A stretch of DNA of 64,000 nucleotides from Candidatus Eiseniibacteriota bacterium (GTDB taxonomy: Bacteria > Eisenbacteria > RBG-16-71-46 > JABDJR01): positions 128,001-192,000 of the forward strand of contig CAWANH010000029.1 in assembly GCA_963783375.1 (NCBI GenBank), read 5' to 3'. Each line of letters begins with the position of its first letter. Position 1 is the first letter of the stretch. The notes under the pieces were generated by a model, which saw only the letters and a list, made by a program, of their open reading frames with translations, was not told the origin of the DNA and did no database searches. The position numbers and the translations under genes were made by a program. Positions 1 through 8,727 of the stretch are shown here, piece by piece.

Positions 1-1029
1 CATTTCCGGGGCTCGGGGGGGAACTTCCATCTTGATGTGACGCTTGAAGCGTCGGCGATTACCGCGTTGTCCCTGGCCGGTTTCCATGACGCCGCCCGCA
101 TGGAGGCGGTCGCGGTGGACGCCGGCGGCGGGATCCACCTGGTCGGGGTCGACGGCGCGGTGCGCAGCGTTTCGGCGGGGGGGCCGGTGGCCGGCGAGGC
201 GCTCTGCGCGGACCTCGACGGGGACTGGGAGTCGGATCTCCTGGCCCTGCGCCGGGACGGGATGCTGGTGGCCTGGGACCGGAACCTCGTCCCGCTGCCG
301 GGTTTCCCCCGGCGTTTTCCCGACCGCGCCGCCGAGACCCCGCTGGTGACCGACGCCGGCGACCGCCGCTACGTGGTGGTGGCCGACACCGCCGGGGGAC
401 TCTGGTCGCTTCCCGTGGGGCCCTCGAACCGGCCCGCCCCCTGGCCCATGGCCCGGGGGAATCGCGGCCGGACCGGGTTCCTGGACCGGGAGGCCGCGGT
501 CCCGGTCGAGCCCGTCCTGGTCGGCCTTCACTGGAACGGGGCGGACGCCTCGGTCTGCTGGGAGGGGATCGGCCTCGAAGCCCTGGCCTCCCTCCGGGTG
601 ATCCGCGAGGACGGGGGGGCGACCCTCTGGAGCGGGGCCGCGGTCGATCGGGGGTGCGCGGGACTGGGGGATCGACCCCCGGGGGAGACCTTGGCGCTAC
701 AGGGCGCGGACCGAGGCCTCGGATGGCGGACCCTGGGGCGCGTGACCGTCGCCGGCCGGACGGGGATCCGCCTGGCCGCCGGATTCCCCAACCCCTTCAC
801 CGCCTCCACCCGGCTCACGTGGTCGGGGTCACGAGGAGCGGTGCGGATCGAGATCTTCGACGTGGCGGGGCGCCGGGCGGCATCGTTCCGGTTCCCGGCG
901 GAAGCCGGGGGCTTCACCTGGACCGGCGACGACGACACGGGCCGGCTGCTTCCTCCCGGACTCTACTTCGTGCGGGCGGCCGACCGTTCCGGGTACGCGG
1001 TGACCCGGGTGCTGAAGCTTCCCCGCTGA
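1..1029 (+). CDS. C-terminal part of a secreted FG-GAP-repeat protein with FlgD-Ig/T9SS-like C-terminal sorting domain (5' truncated)
   Basis: Frame open from base 1; ADLDGDWESDLL and LPGFP FG-GAP-type motifs; C-terminus FPNPF...IEIFDVAGR...WTGDDDTG..LPPGLYFVR typical of FlgD/T9SS CTD. Confidence 0.75.
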   Translation, partial: HFRGSGGNFHLDVTLEASAITALSLAGFHDAARMEAVAVDAGGGIHLVGVDGAVRSVSAGGPVAGEALCADLDGDWESDLLALRRDGMLVAWDRNLVPLPGFPRRFPDRAAETPLVTDAGDRRYVVVADTAGGLWSLPVGPSNRPAPWPMARGNRGRTGFLDREAAVPVEPVLVGLHWNGADASVCWEGIGLEALASLRVIREDGGATLWSGAAVDRGCAGLGDRPPGETLALQGADRGLGWRTLGRVTVAGRTGIRLAAGFPNPFTASTRLTWSGSRGAVRIEIFDVAGRRAASFRFPAEAGGFTWTGDDDTGRLLPPGLYFVRAADRSGYAVTRVLKLPR

Positions 1030-1066
1030 GGGCCGGTCTCCGGCCGGAGCAACCCCGGGGAACGCG

Positions 1067-1101
1067 CGAACGGGACGCGGCGATGAGCGGCGTCCCGTTC
1101 G
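1067..1101. terminator. Hairpin between convergent genes, possible bidirectional terminator
   Basis: 12-bp inverted repeat CGAACGGGACGC/GCGTCCCGTTCG; no strong U tract. Confidence 0.45.
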
Positions 1102-1120
1102 AACGATGCTCCCGGTGCGG

Positions 1121-1552
1121 CTAGCGCAGGGAGGACTTGTCGTCGACGCCCTCGATCGGGCTCCGGTTCGCGCCCCCCAGGGTGAGGGTCACGACCTTGG
1201 TCGCCGAGGGGCTGCTCTCGTTCCCCGAGACGTCCGAGGCGGTGATGTAGAGGGTCACCAGACCGCTGTTCCTGACGGGAACCGACATGGACGTGCCCTG
1301 GATCGGCCGGTCGTTGACCCGGTGGGTCACGCCGTCCATGGTGGCGTAGACCGTGTACCCGGCCAGGTCCGGCTCGATGTTCCCCTGCCACCAGATCTGC
1401 GCCACGTTCCCGGCGCCGTTCGCTCCCATGACCACCGGGGCCAGGGGAGGCGTGGTGTCGGGACGGGAGACCGACGTTGAGTCGCCGCATCCCATCAGGA
1501 CCATGCCGAGCATGAGGGTGACGGCGACCAGGGATGCGAAGCTCTGCTTCAT
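1121..1552 (-). CDS. Lipoprotein with fibronectin type III-like domain
   Basis: Lipobox LMG|C; DTTPPLAP, W..N.EPDLAGY.VY and TASD.SGNES FN3-type motifs; AAGGAG RBS. Confidence 0.75.
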   Translation of the reverse strand: MKQSFASLVAVTLMLGMVLMGCGDSTSVSRPDTTPPLAPVVMGANGAGNVAQIWWQGNIEPDLAGYTVYATMDGVTHRVNDRPIQGTSMSVPVRNSGLVTLYITASDVSGNESSPSATKVVTLTLGGANRSPIEGVDDKSSLR

Positions 1553-1708
1553 GTTCCAACTCCTTCTTGTCGAGCGCTCGGACCCGGCGATTCACCGGGC
1601 CCATTTCGTCTTCCGCGGGCGTTCCGTTTCCCCACCCCCCGGGTCCCTTCGCTGCGCGCCGGTGCGTTCGAGAAGCATCGAAGGGGAAACTCGTTCAGTG
1701 CCATTCCG

Positions 1709-1735
1709 TGATCGGAAGTTCCGCCGGGGGCTTGA
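1709..1735 (-). promoter_or_regulatory. sigma28-like promoter upstream of the FN3 lipoprotein gene
   Basis: Minus strand TCAAG-N14-TCCGATCA, oriented toward the gene starting at 1552. Confidence 0.5.
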
Positions 1736-1830
1736 GCGGGGAGATGGGGGTTCGGTGGGAAAGCGCCCGCGACGGACGGTCGTCTGCCCGTCGGGGGGCC
1801 GCGGCGTTGCGTTCTGCAAGGCGCGCCGGT

Positions 1831-1859
1831 TTGACCGTGCCGGAAACGCGTGCTAGTTT
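1831..1859 (+). promoter_or_regulatory. sigma70-type promoter for the M23 peptidase
   Basis: TTGACC-N17-TAGTTT with extended -10 TG. Confidence 0.55.
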
Positions 1860-1895
1860 CCGCCGCTTGTGTTCTTGCAAGAAAGGAATTGCCGG

Positions 1896-3908
1896 ATGCG
1901 ACGAATCTCGGCGTGGGGGGCGGTTCTGGGGGTTTTGACCCTCATCCCGGCCGCGGCGGGCATCGCGGCGGGAACCGGTCCCCGTCTCGCTCCGGAGAAG
2001 GACGAGGCTCCCGCGGGACCCCTCCTTCCCCCCATGAAACGACCCCTGGTCCTCACCTCCTCCTTCGGGGAGTACCGGTCCGGCCACTACCATGGCGGGC
2101 TCGATCTCTCCACCGGCGGGGCGGCGGGGGAGCCGGTGCTGGCCCCCGCTTCGGGCTGGGTGTGGCGGGTTCGGGTGAGCGGGGTGGGCTACGGGCGCGC
2201 GATCTACTTCCGCCTCGAAGACGGGCGCACCGCGGTCTTCGGTCACCTGAGCGCGTTCGCTCCCACGATCGAGGCCGCGGCGGAAGCGGAGCAGGACCGT
2301 CTCGGCCGCTACGAGGTGGACTTCCAGCCCCCGCCGGACTCCCTGCGGTTCGCGGCGGGCGAGGTTCTGGGCCGGTCGGGATCGAGCGGCGCCGGGCCGC
2401 CCCACCTCCACGCCGAGATCCGGCGCGGGGAGAGCGCCTCCATCGCGGTGAACCCGTTCACCCAGGGGTGGAGCGTTCCCGATACGGTGGCTCCCTCCGT
2501 CACCCGCCTGCGGGTGGAACCGGCCGAGGCCGGTGTGCGGGTGAACGGCGGTCTCGATCCGGTGATCGTGGATCTCGCCCGGCCGGCGTCTCCGGCGTTT
2601 CGTATCGACGGGCCGGTGCGGGTGTGGGTCGAGACCTCGGACCGGGGGGAAGCGGGGGAGTCGCGGGTCGCCCCCTACCAGGTGCTCTGGTCGGTGGACG
2701 AGCGGCCGGTGAGCGCGGTGCGGTTCGACCGCTTCGACTGGAACTGGCCGAGCGAGGTGGAGTGGACCTTCGACGAGGCCCTGGCCCGGAGCCGGAACGA
2801 GCGGTGGATCGCCCTCGATCCCCCTCCCCAGGCCCACCAGGACCTGACGCAGTGGCTGGCCCGGGACCGGCCCTTCGGGTCCGGGCTCGTCCCCGGCGTG
2901 CACCGTCTCCGTTTCGAGGCTCGCGACGCGGCCGGAAACGTGACCCGAAGGGACGTGGACGTCGAGCGGGTGGAGCCGCCGCCTCCCGGGACGCCGTTCG
3001 AAGGCCGGCGGGTGGAGCGAACCGGGCTCAGAAGCCGTGGCCCGTACCTGGTCTGGCGAGCGGCCGGGGAGGGGCTCAAGACCGTGGTCCTCGCCGGAAG
3101 CACCCCGGCCGGGGACACCCTCGGTGGTGGATGGAGCGGCGCCGCCGCGCCGGGGGGATGGGAAGAGGAACTGGAGCGCCCGGTCCCGCCCCGCCGCGGA
3201 ATGTGGAGCTTCACCCTCACCCTTCCCGGAGGGACGTCCGAAACCGCGCGGGCGGCGTGGGCGGGCCGCCTCTTTCCCGCCCTCCCCGCCGAGCCGGTTC
3301 TCGTCTCGGCCCCCGGGTTCCGCATGCAGGTTCCGCCGGACGCGGTGTACGGATCCCTTTGGATCACCGTGGACGAGGGTGACGCACCGGCGCGGACCTC
3401 GAAGACCCGACCCGAGCTGGAGCCGGCCTCCCCCGAAGTGCGCCTCGGGCCCGGGGCCTGGCCCCTTCGTGAGGAGGTGCGGGTCACCCTGACCCCGCGC
3501 CCCGATTCGTCCCGCCGGGGACTCGCGGTCTACCGGTGGGACGACGGATGGAGCTGGGTCGGCGCCGACACCAGCGACGACGGCGTTTCGGGAACGGTGG
3601 GAAACCTCGAGACCCTCGCCCTCCTCCGCGACGACACCCCGCCCGCGGTGACCCTGGAGACACCGGACGCCGGGTCCAAACCCTCTCTCGTCGCCCGGGT
3701 CGCCGACCGGGGCGCGGGGGTGACCTGGCGCGGGCTCACCATGACCCTGGACGGCGCACCGGTCATCGCCGAATGGAATCCCGAGGCGGCGAGTTTCACC
3801 GCCCACCTCCGCCGCGGTCTCGAACCGGGCCGGCACGTCTGGAAGGTGGTGGCGGCGGACCGGGTGGGGAACCGCGCCGAGCGCTCGCTCACCGTGACCG
3901 TCCAATGA
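1896..3908 (+). CDS. M23 family metallopeptidase with C-terminal Ig-like domains
   Basis: Signal peptide MRRISAW...; SSFGEYRSGHYHGGLD (HxxxD) and PHLHAE (HxH) motifs; GAAAGGA RBS before ATG 1896. Confidence 0.85.
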   Translation: MRRISAWGAVLGVLTLIPAAAGIAAGTGPRLAPEKDEAPAGPLLPPMKRPLVLTSSFGEYRSGHYHGGLDLSTGGAAGEPVLAPASGWVWRVRVSGVGYGRAIYFRLEDGRTAVFGHLSAFAPTIEAAAEAEQDRLGRYEVDFQPPPDSLRFAAGEVLGRSGSSGAGPPHLHAEIRRGESASIAVNPFTQGWSVPDTVAPSVTRLRVEPAEAGVRVNGGLDPVIVDLARPASPAFRIDGPVRVWVETSDRGEAGESRVAPYQVLWSVDERPVSAVRFDRFDWNWPSEVEWTFDEALARSRNERWIALDPPPQAHQDLTQWLARDRPFGSGLVPGVHRLRFEARDAAGNVTRRDVDVERVEPPPPGTPFEGRRVERTGLRSRGPYLVWRAAGEGLKTVVLAGSTPAGDTLGGGWSGAAAPGGWEEELERPVPPRRGMWSFTLTLPGGTSETARAAWAGRLFPALPAEPVLVSAPGFRMQVPPDAVYGSLWITVDEGDAPARTSKTRPELEPASPEVRLGPGAWPLREEVRVTLTPRPDSSRRGLAVYRWDDGWSWVGADTSDDGVSGTVGNLETLALLRDDTPPAVTLETPDAGSKPSLVARVADRGAGVTWRGLTMTLDGAPVIAEWNPEAASFTAHLRRGLEPGRHVWKVVAADRVGNRAERSLTVTVQ

Positions 3909-3932
3909 TCGGATCGTCGCCGCCCACCGCGC

Positions 3933-3962
3933 TTGCCCGGGGAACCGGCGCGGCGGTATAAC
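3933..3962 (+). promoter_or_regulatory. sigma70-type promoter for dnaE-accA
   Basis: TTGCCC-N18-TATAAC in the intergenic region. Confidence 0.5.
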
Positions 3963-4084
3963 CGGGGCATCGAACGCTCGCCGAATCGAGGCGGTCCGGT
4001 TAGACTTCGTCCCTCGCCCGCGGGCCGGGTCCGGCCGTTCAGCCCGTCCCTCACCCGGTCACCCTGACAACGGAACCCAGGATC

Positions 4085-7000
4085 TTGGCAGAGCCCTTCG
4101 TCCACCTTCACGTCCACTCCGACTACAGCCTCCTCGACGGGGCGGCCAAGGTGTCTCGTCTCGTCTCCCGGGCCGCCGAACTCGGGATGCCCGCCGTCGC
4201 GCTGACCGACAGCGGAAACCTCTTCGGGGCGGTGGAGTTCTACCTGGCCGCGCGGCGGGCGGGGGTGAAGCCGATCCTGGGCATGGAGATCTTTCTCACC
4301 CGGGGGAGCCGCCACGACAAGACCCCGCGGAACGCCCGCGGCCTGGACCACCTGGTACTCCTGGCCCGGGACCGGACCGGGTTCAGGAACCTGATGAAGA
4401 TCTCCACCGCGGGCTACCTGGAGGGCTTCTACTACCGGCCCCGGGTGGACTACGAGTTCCTGGAGGAGCACGCCGGGGGACTCATCGCCCTCTCTTCGGG
4501 AATGAGCGGCGCCCTGGCCCGGGAGCTCCTGGAAGGACGCCCCCGCCAGGCCCTTGATCTGGGCGGCCGTTATCGTGAGATCTTCGGGGACCGGTTCTAC
4601 GTGGAGATCCAGGATCACGGGATCGCCCACCAGCGTCCGCTCATTCCCCAGCTCAAGGACGTGGCCGGCAAGATCGGCGCCCCCCTGGTGGCCACCAACG
4701 ACGTCCACTACCTGAGCCCCCAGGACGCGGAGGCCCAGGAGATCCTCATCCTCATCCAGCAGCAGCGTACGGTGGCGGACCAGAATCGCTTCCGCGCCGG
4801 CACCGACCAGCGGTACCTGAAGAGCGCCGGGGAGATGGAGGCGTTGTTCGGGCGGATTCCCGGGAGCCTCACCGCCACCCGGGAGATCGCCGAATCGATC
4901 GAGCTGAAGCTGGACTTCGACAAGCTGCTACTCCCGGACTTTCCCCTCCCCGAAGGGTTCGTCTCCCCCGACGAGTACCTGGTGCACCTGGCCCGGGAGG
5001 GCATGGGGACCCGCTACCGCGAGATCACCCCCTCCCTCACCGAGCGCCTGGACTTCGAGCTCGGCATCATCCGGCGGATGGGCTATGCCGGGTACTTCCT
5101 CATCGTGCGCGATTTCATCCATCACGCCCGGGAAACCGGGATCGCGGTGGGACCGGGCCGGGGCTCGGCCGCGGGGAGCCTGGTGGCCTACTCCCTGGGG
5201 ATCACCGACATCGACCCCATCCGCTTCGGTCTCCTCTTCGAGCGGTTCCTGAACCCCGAGCGGGTGTCGATGCCGGACATCGACGTGGACTTCGACTACC
5301 GCCGGCGGGGTGAGGTCATCGAGTACGTCAAGGGCAAGTACGGCGAGGACTCGGTGACCCAGATCATCACCTTCGGCACCATGGCCGCCCGCGGGGTCAT
5401 CCGCGACGTGGGCCGGGCGTTGGGGATCGAGTTCGCCGACGTGGATCGGATCGCCAAGCTGGTTCCCTCCGAGCTGGGGATCACCCTGGACCGCGCCCTG
5501 GAGCAGGTCCCCGAACTCCGGGAGATGGCCTCCTCGGACGAGGCCCACGCCCGCCTCATCCGGGTGGCACGCACCCTGGAGGGCATGTCCCGCCACGCTT
5601 CCACCCACGCCGCCGGCGTTCTCATCGCCCCCGGACGGCTGGACGAGATGGTGCCGCTCTTCAAGAGCGGGAAGGGGGAAATCTCCACCCAGTGGGACAT
5701 GAAGTCGGTGGAGAAGGCGGGGCTCCTGAAGATGGATTTCCTGGGGCTCCGCACCCTCACCGTGATCGAGGACGCCCTGGATCTCATCACCGAGCGCACC
5801 GGCGCCCGCCCCGACCTCGCCGGGCTTGCGCTCGACGATGAGCCGGCCTTCGATCTCCTGAGGCGGGCCCAGACGGTGGCGGTGTTCCAGCTCGAATCCT
5901 CGGGCATGCGGGACCTGTTGCGCCGGTTGGCGCCGGAGACCTTCGAGGACATCGTGGCGGTCAACGCCCTCTACCGGCCCGGCCCCATGGGCTCGGGCAT
6001 GGTGCAGAACTTCATCGACCGCAAGCACGGGCGCGAGCGGATCGCCTACGAGCACGACATCCTGGAGCCCATCCTCAAGTCCACCTACGGCATGATGGTC
6101 TACCAGGAGCAGGTGATGCAGATCGCCAGCGCGATGGCCGGGTTCACCCTCGGCGAGGCGGACCTCCTCCGGCGGGCCATGGGGAAGAAGAAGAAGGAGG
6201 AGATGGACGCCCAGGAGAAGAAGTTCGTCTCCGGGGCGGTGGAGCGCGGGATCGCCGAGGCCGTCGCGCGAAAGGTCTTCGAGCTCATGGCCTTCTTCGC
6301 GGGCTACGGGTTCAACAAGAGTCACAGCGCGGCCTACGCCATGGTCTCCTACCAGACCGCGTACCTGAAGGCCCACTATCCCGCCGAGTTCATGGCCGCC
6401 ACCCTGACCAGCGAGATGGACTCCACCGACCGGGTGGTGGTGCTGGTGGAGGAGTGCCGGCGCCTCGGCATGGCGGTCCTTCCCCCCGACCTGAACTCCT
6501 CCCGCGCCCCGTTCCACGTGAGCCCGGAGGGAATCCGCTTCGGCCTGGGAGCGGTCAAGAACGTCGGCGTCCACACCATCGAGGAGATCGTGAAGGAGCG
6601 GGAGCGTCGCGGACCCTTCACCTCCATCTTCGATCTCGCGAGGAGGGTGGCCCACGAGGTCATGAACCGGCGCGTGCTGGAGAGCCTGGTGGCGGCGGGG
6701 GCCATGGACGGCCTCCAGGCCTCGCGGGCCTCGATGTTCCACGCCGTGCCCGCCGCGCTGGAGGCGGGGGCCCGCCACCAGCACGACGAGGCCATGGGCC
6801 AGACCTCGCTCTTCGGCGGGGGGGAAGGCGGGGGGGCGGCGTCGACCCTGGTCGAGGTCGAGGACTGGGACCGGAACACCCGCCTCCGCCGGGAGAAGGA
6901 GGTGCTGGGGTTCTACCTCTCCGAGCATCCCCTGGACGCCTACCGGGACGAGATCTCCGCGGTGGCCTCGGGGGACTCCGCGCGGATCAAGGAGATGGGA

Positions 7001-7534
7001 ACCGGGGTCGAAGTCGGGATTCTGGGGGTGGTGACCGCGGTGGTGCGGAAGCTCGACAAGAAGGGCCGCACCATGGGGTTCCTGGTGGTCGAGGACTACG
7101 CGGGGACCCTGGAGTGCGTGCTCTTCAACGAGGTGTTCGAGAAGGTGAAGGACTTCCTGGAGCCCGACCGGGTGGTGCTGGCGCGGGGGAGGCTGGACCG
7201 GCGGGATCCGGAGGGGGACCCCAAGATCGTGACCAACGAGGTGTACGATTTCGAGGCCAGCCGCGGGGACCTGGAGCACACCCTCTATCTTCGTGTTCCC
7301 CTGGACGGCCTGGACGAGAGCCGGCTGGCCGGTCTGGGGAGTATCCTGGAGCGGTACCCGGGCCGGGGGGAGGTCGTGCTGTTCATGGAGACGACCACCG
7401 GCCGCCGGGTCCGCATGAAACTGGGCCGCTTCCGGGTCGGGGTCGAACAGGACCTCCTCCTGGAGCTTCGCGGCATGTTGGGAGACGCCGCCGTCCGCCT
7501 GGGCGAGGCGGTGAGCGGGAGGAACGGCCGGTGA
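4085..7534 (+). CDS. dnaE: DNA polymerase III alpha subunit
   Basis: HLHVHSDYSLLDG PHP motif, GRGSAAGS, MPDIDVDF, FNKSHSAAY, OB fold; TTG start. Confidence 0.98.
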   Translation: MAEPFVHLHVHSDYSLLDGAAKVSRLVSRAAELGMPAVALTDSGNLFGAVEFYLAARRAGVKPILGMEIFLTRGSRHDKTPRNARGLDHLVLLARDRTGFRNLMKISTAGYLEGFYYRPRVDYEFLEEHAGGLIALSSGMSGALARELLEGRPRQALDLGGRYREIFGDRFYVEIQDHGIAHQRPLIPQLKDVAGKIGAPLVATNDVHYLSPQDAEAQEILILIQQQRTVADQNRFRAGTDQRYLKSAGEMEALFGRIPGSLTATREIAESIELKLDFDKLLLPDFPLPEGFVSPDEYLVHLAREGMGTRYREITPSLTERLDFELGIIRRMGYAGYFLIVRDFIHHARETGIAVGPGRGSAAGSLVAYSLGITDIDPIRFGLLFERFLNPERVSMPDIDVDFDYRRRGEVIEYVKGKYGEDSVTQIITFGTMAARGVIRDVGRALGIEFADVDRIAKLVPSELGITLDRALEQVPELREMASSDEAHARLIRVARTLEGMSRHASTHAAGVLIAPGRLDEMVPLFKSGKGEISTQWDMKSVEKAGLLKMDFLGLRTLTVIEDALDLITERTGARPDLAGLALDDEPAFDLLRRAQTVAVFQLESSGMRDLLRRLAPETFEDIVAVNALYRPGPMGSGMVQNFIDRKHGRERIAYEHDILEPILKSTYGMMVYQEQVMQIASAMAGFTLGEADLLRRAMGKKKKEEMDAQEKKFVSGAVERGIAEAVARKVFELMAFFAGYGFNKSHSAAYAMVSYQTAYLKAHYPAEFMAATLTSEMDSTDRVVVLVEECRRLGMAVLPPDLNSSRAPFHVSPEGIRFGLGAVKNVGVHTIEEIVKERERRGPFTSIFDLARRVAHEVMNRRVLESLVAAGAMDGLQASRASMFHAVPAALEAGARHQHDEAMGQTSLFGGGEGGGAASTLVEVEDWDRNTRLRREKEVLGFYLSEHPLDAYRDEISAVASGDSARIKEMGTGVEVGILGVVTAVVRKLDKKGRTMGFLVVEDYAGTLECVLFNEVFEKVKDFLEPDRVVLARGRLDRRDPEGDPKIVTNEVYDFEASRGDLEHTLYLRVPLDGLDESRLAGLGSILERYPGRGEVVLFMETTTGRRVRMKLGRFRVGVEQDLLLELRGMLGDAAVRLGEAVSGRNGR

Positions 7535-8511
7535 GCAGTTTCTGGCTCGATTTCGAGAAGCCGGTGGTGGAGCTGGAGAACAAGATCAAGGAGATCCGGG
7601 AGTTCGCCGTCACCTCCAACATCGAGGTGGGGGACGAGCTCGGCCGCCTGGAGAAGAAGGCGGACAAGCTCCGCCGGGAGATCTACTCCAACCTCTCCCG
7701 CTGGCAGCGCGTCCAGCTCGCCCGTCATCCCCGCCGGCCCTACACCCTCGACTACGTGGGGTTGCTGTGCGACGAGTTCACCGAGCTTCACGGGGATCGG
7801 GCCTACGGCGAGGACCCATCGATCGTGGGGGGGCTGGCCCGGCTGGAGGGACGTCCCCTGGTGGTGGTGGGACACCAGAAGGGGCGGAACACCAAGGAGA
7901 ACATCCACCGGAACTTCGGCATGCCCCATCCCGAGGGCTATCGGAAGGCCCTGCGACTGTTCCAGATGGCGAACCGGTTCCATCTGCCGGTGGTCACCTT
8001 CGTGGACACTCCGGGAGCCTATCCGGGGGTGGGGGCCGAGGAGCGCGGCCAGTCCGAGGCCATCGCCCGGAACCTGCGCGAGATGGCGCGGCTCGAGGTG
8101 CCGGTGGTCTGCCTGGTGATCGGCGAGGGGGGAAGCGGCGGGGCGCTGGCCCTGGCGGTGGCCGACCGGGTCTACATGCTGGAGAACGCGATCTACTCGG
8201 TGATCTCACCCGAGGGGTGCGCGGGGATCCTGTGGAAGGACAAGGCCAAGGCCCCCGAGGCGGCCGAGGTCCTGAAGCTCACCGCCCGGGACGTGCTGGC
8301 CTTGAACGTGATCGACGGTCTGGTCCCCGAGCCCCTGGGCGGGGCCCACCGGGATCCCCAGAAGACCGCGGAGGCCGTCCGGCAGACCGTGAAGACCGCC
8401 CTGGACGAGCTCTCCGGACTCTCCCCCGACGTCCTGATCGCGGATCGGATGGAGAAATTTCAGGCCATGGGGGTATTCCAGGATGCCGGGGCGAGCGCCC
8501 CGGACCGTTGA
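7531..8511 (+). CDS. accA: Acetyl-CoA carboxylase carboxyltransferase alpha subunit
   Basis: LDFEKP, RHPRRPYTLDY, GMPHPEGYRKA, GEGGSGGAL; GTG start overlaps the dnaE stop. Confidence 0.97.
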   Translation: MSSFWLDFEKPVVELENKIKEIREFAVTSNIEVGDELGRLEKKADKLRREIYSNLSRWQRVQLARHPRRPYTLDYVGLLCDEFTELHGDRAYGEDPSIVGGLARLEGRPLVVVGHQKGRNTKENIHRNFGMPHPEGYRKALRLFQMANRFHLPVVTFVDTPGAYPGVGAEERGQSEAIARNLREMARLEVPVVCLVIGEGGSGGALALAVADRVYMLENAIYSVISPEGCAGILWKDKAKAPEAAEVLKLTARDVLALNVIDGLVPEPLGGAHRDPQKTAEAVRQTVKTALDELSGLSPDVLIADRMEKFQAMGVFQDAGASAPDR

Positions 8512-8727
8512 CCTCCGGGTCATGCTCCTGCTAGCCTGTTGCCTTCGAACAGGTTATAAGACCAGCAGGGAAGGAGACATCCTCGATCCCAGGCTAGAGG
8601 TTCCATCGAGCTCGGACCGGCGCCGGCGCCCCGCGCCTCCGATCCGGTCCCGCCCCGCCGGTGCGCGAACCCCCGTCGCCGCCGGCATGAACCCAGGACG
8701 TTACTCCAACGACACGGACGGTCGAGG

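Noticed and set aside
1686-1703. Minus-strand TGGCAC as a sigma54 promoter for the lipoprotein
   Set aside because: No -12 GC at the required spacing
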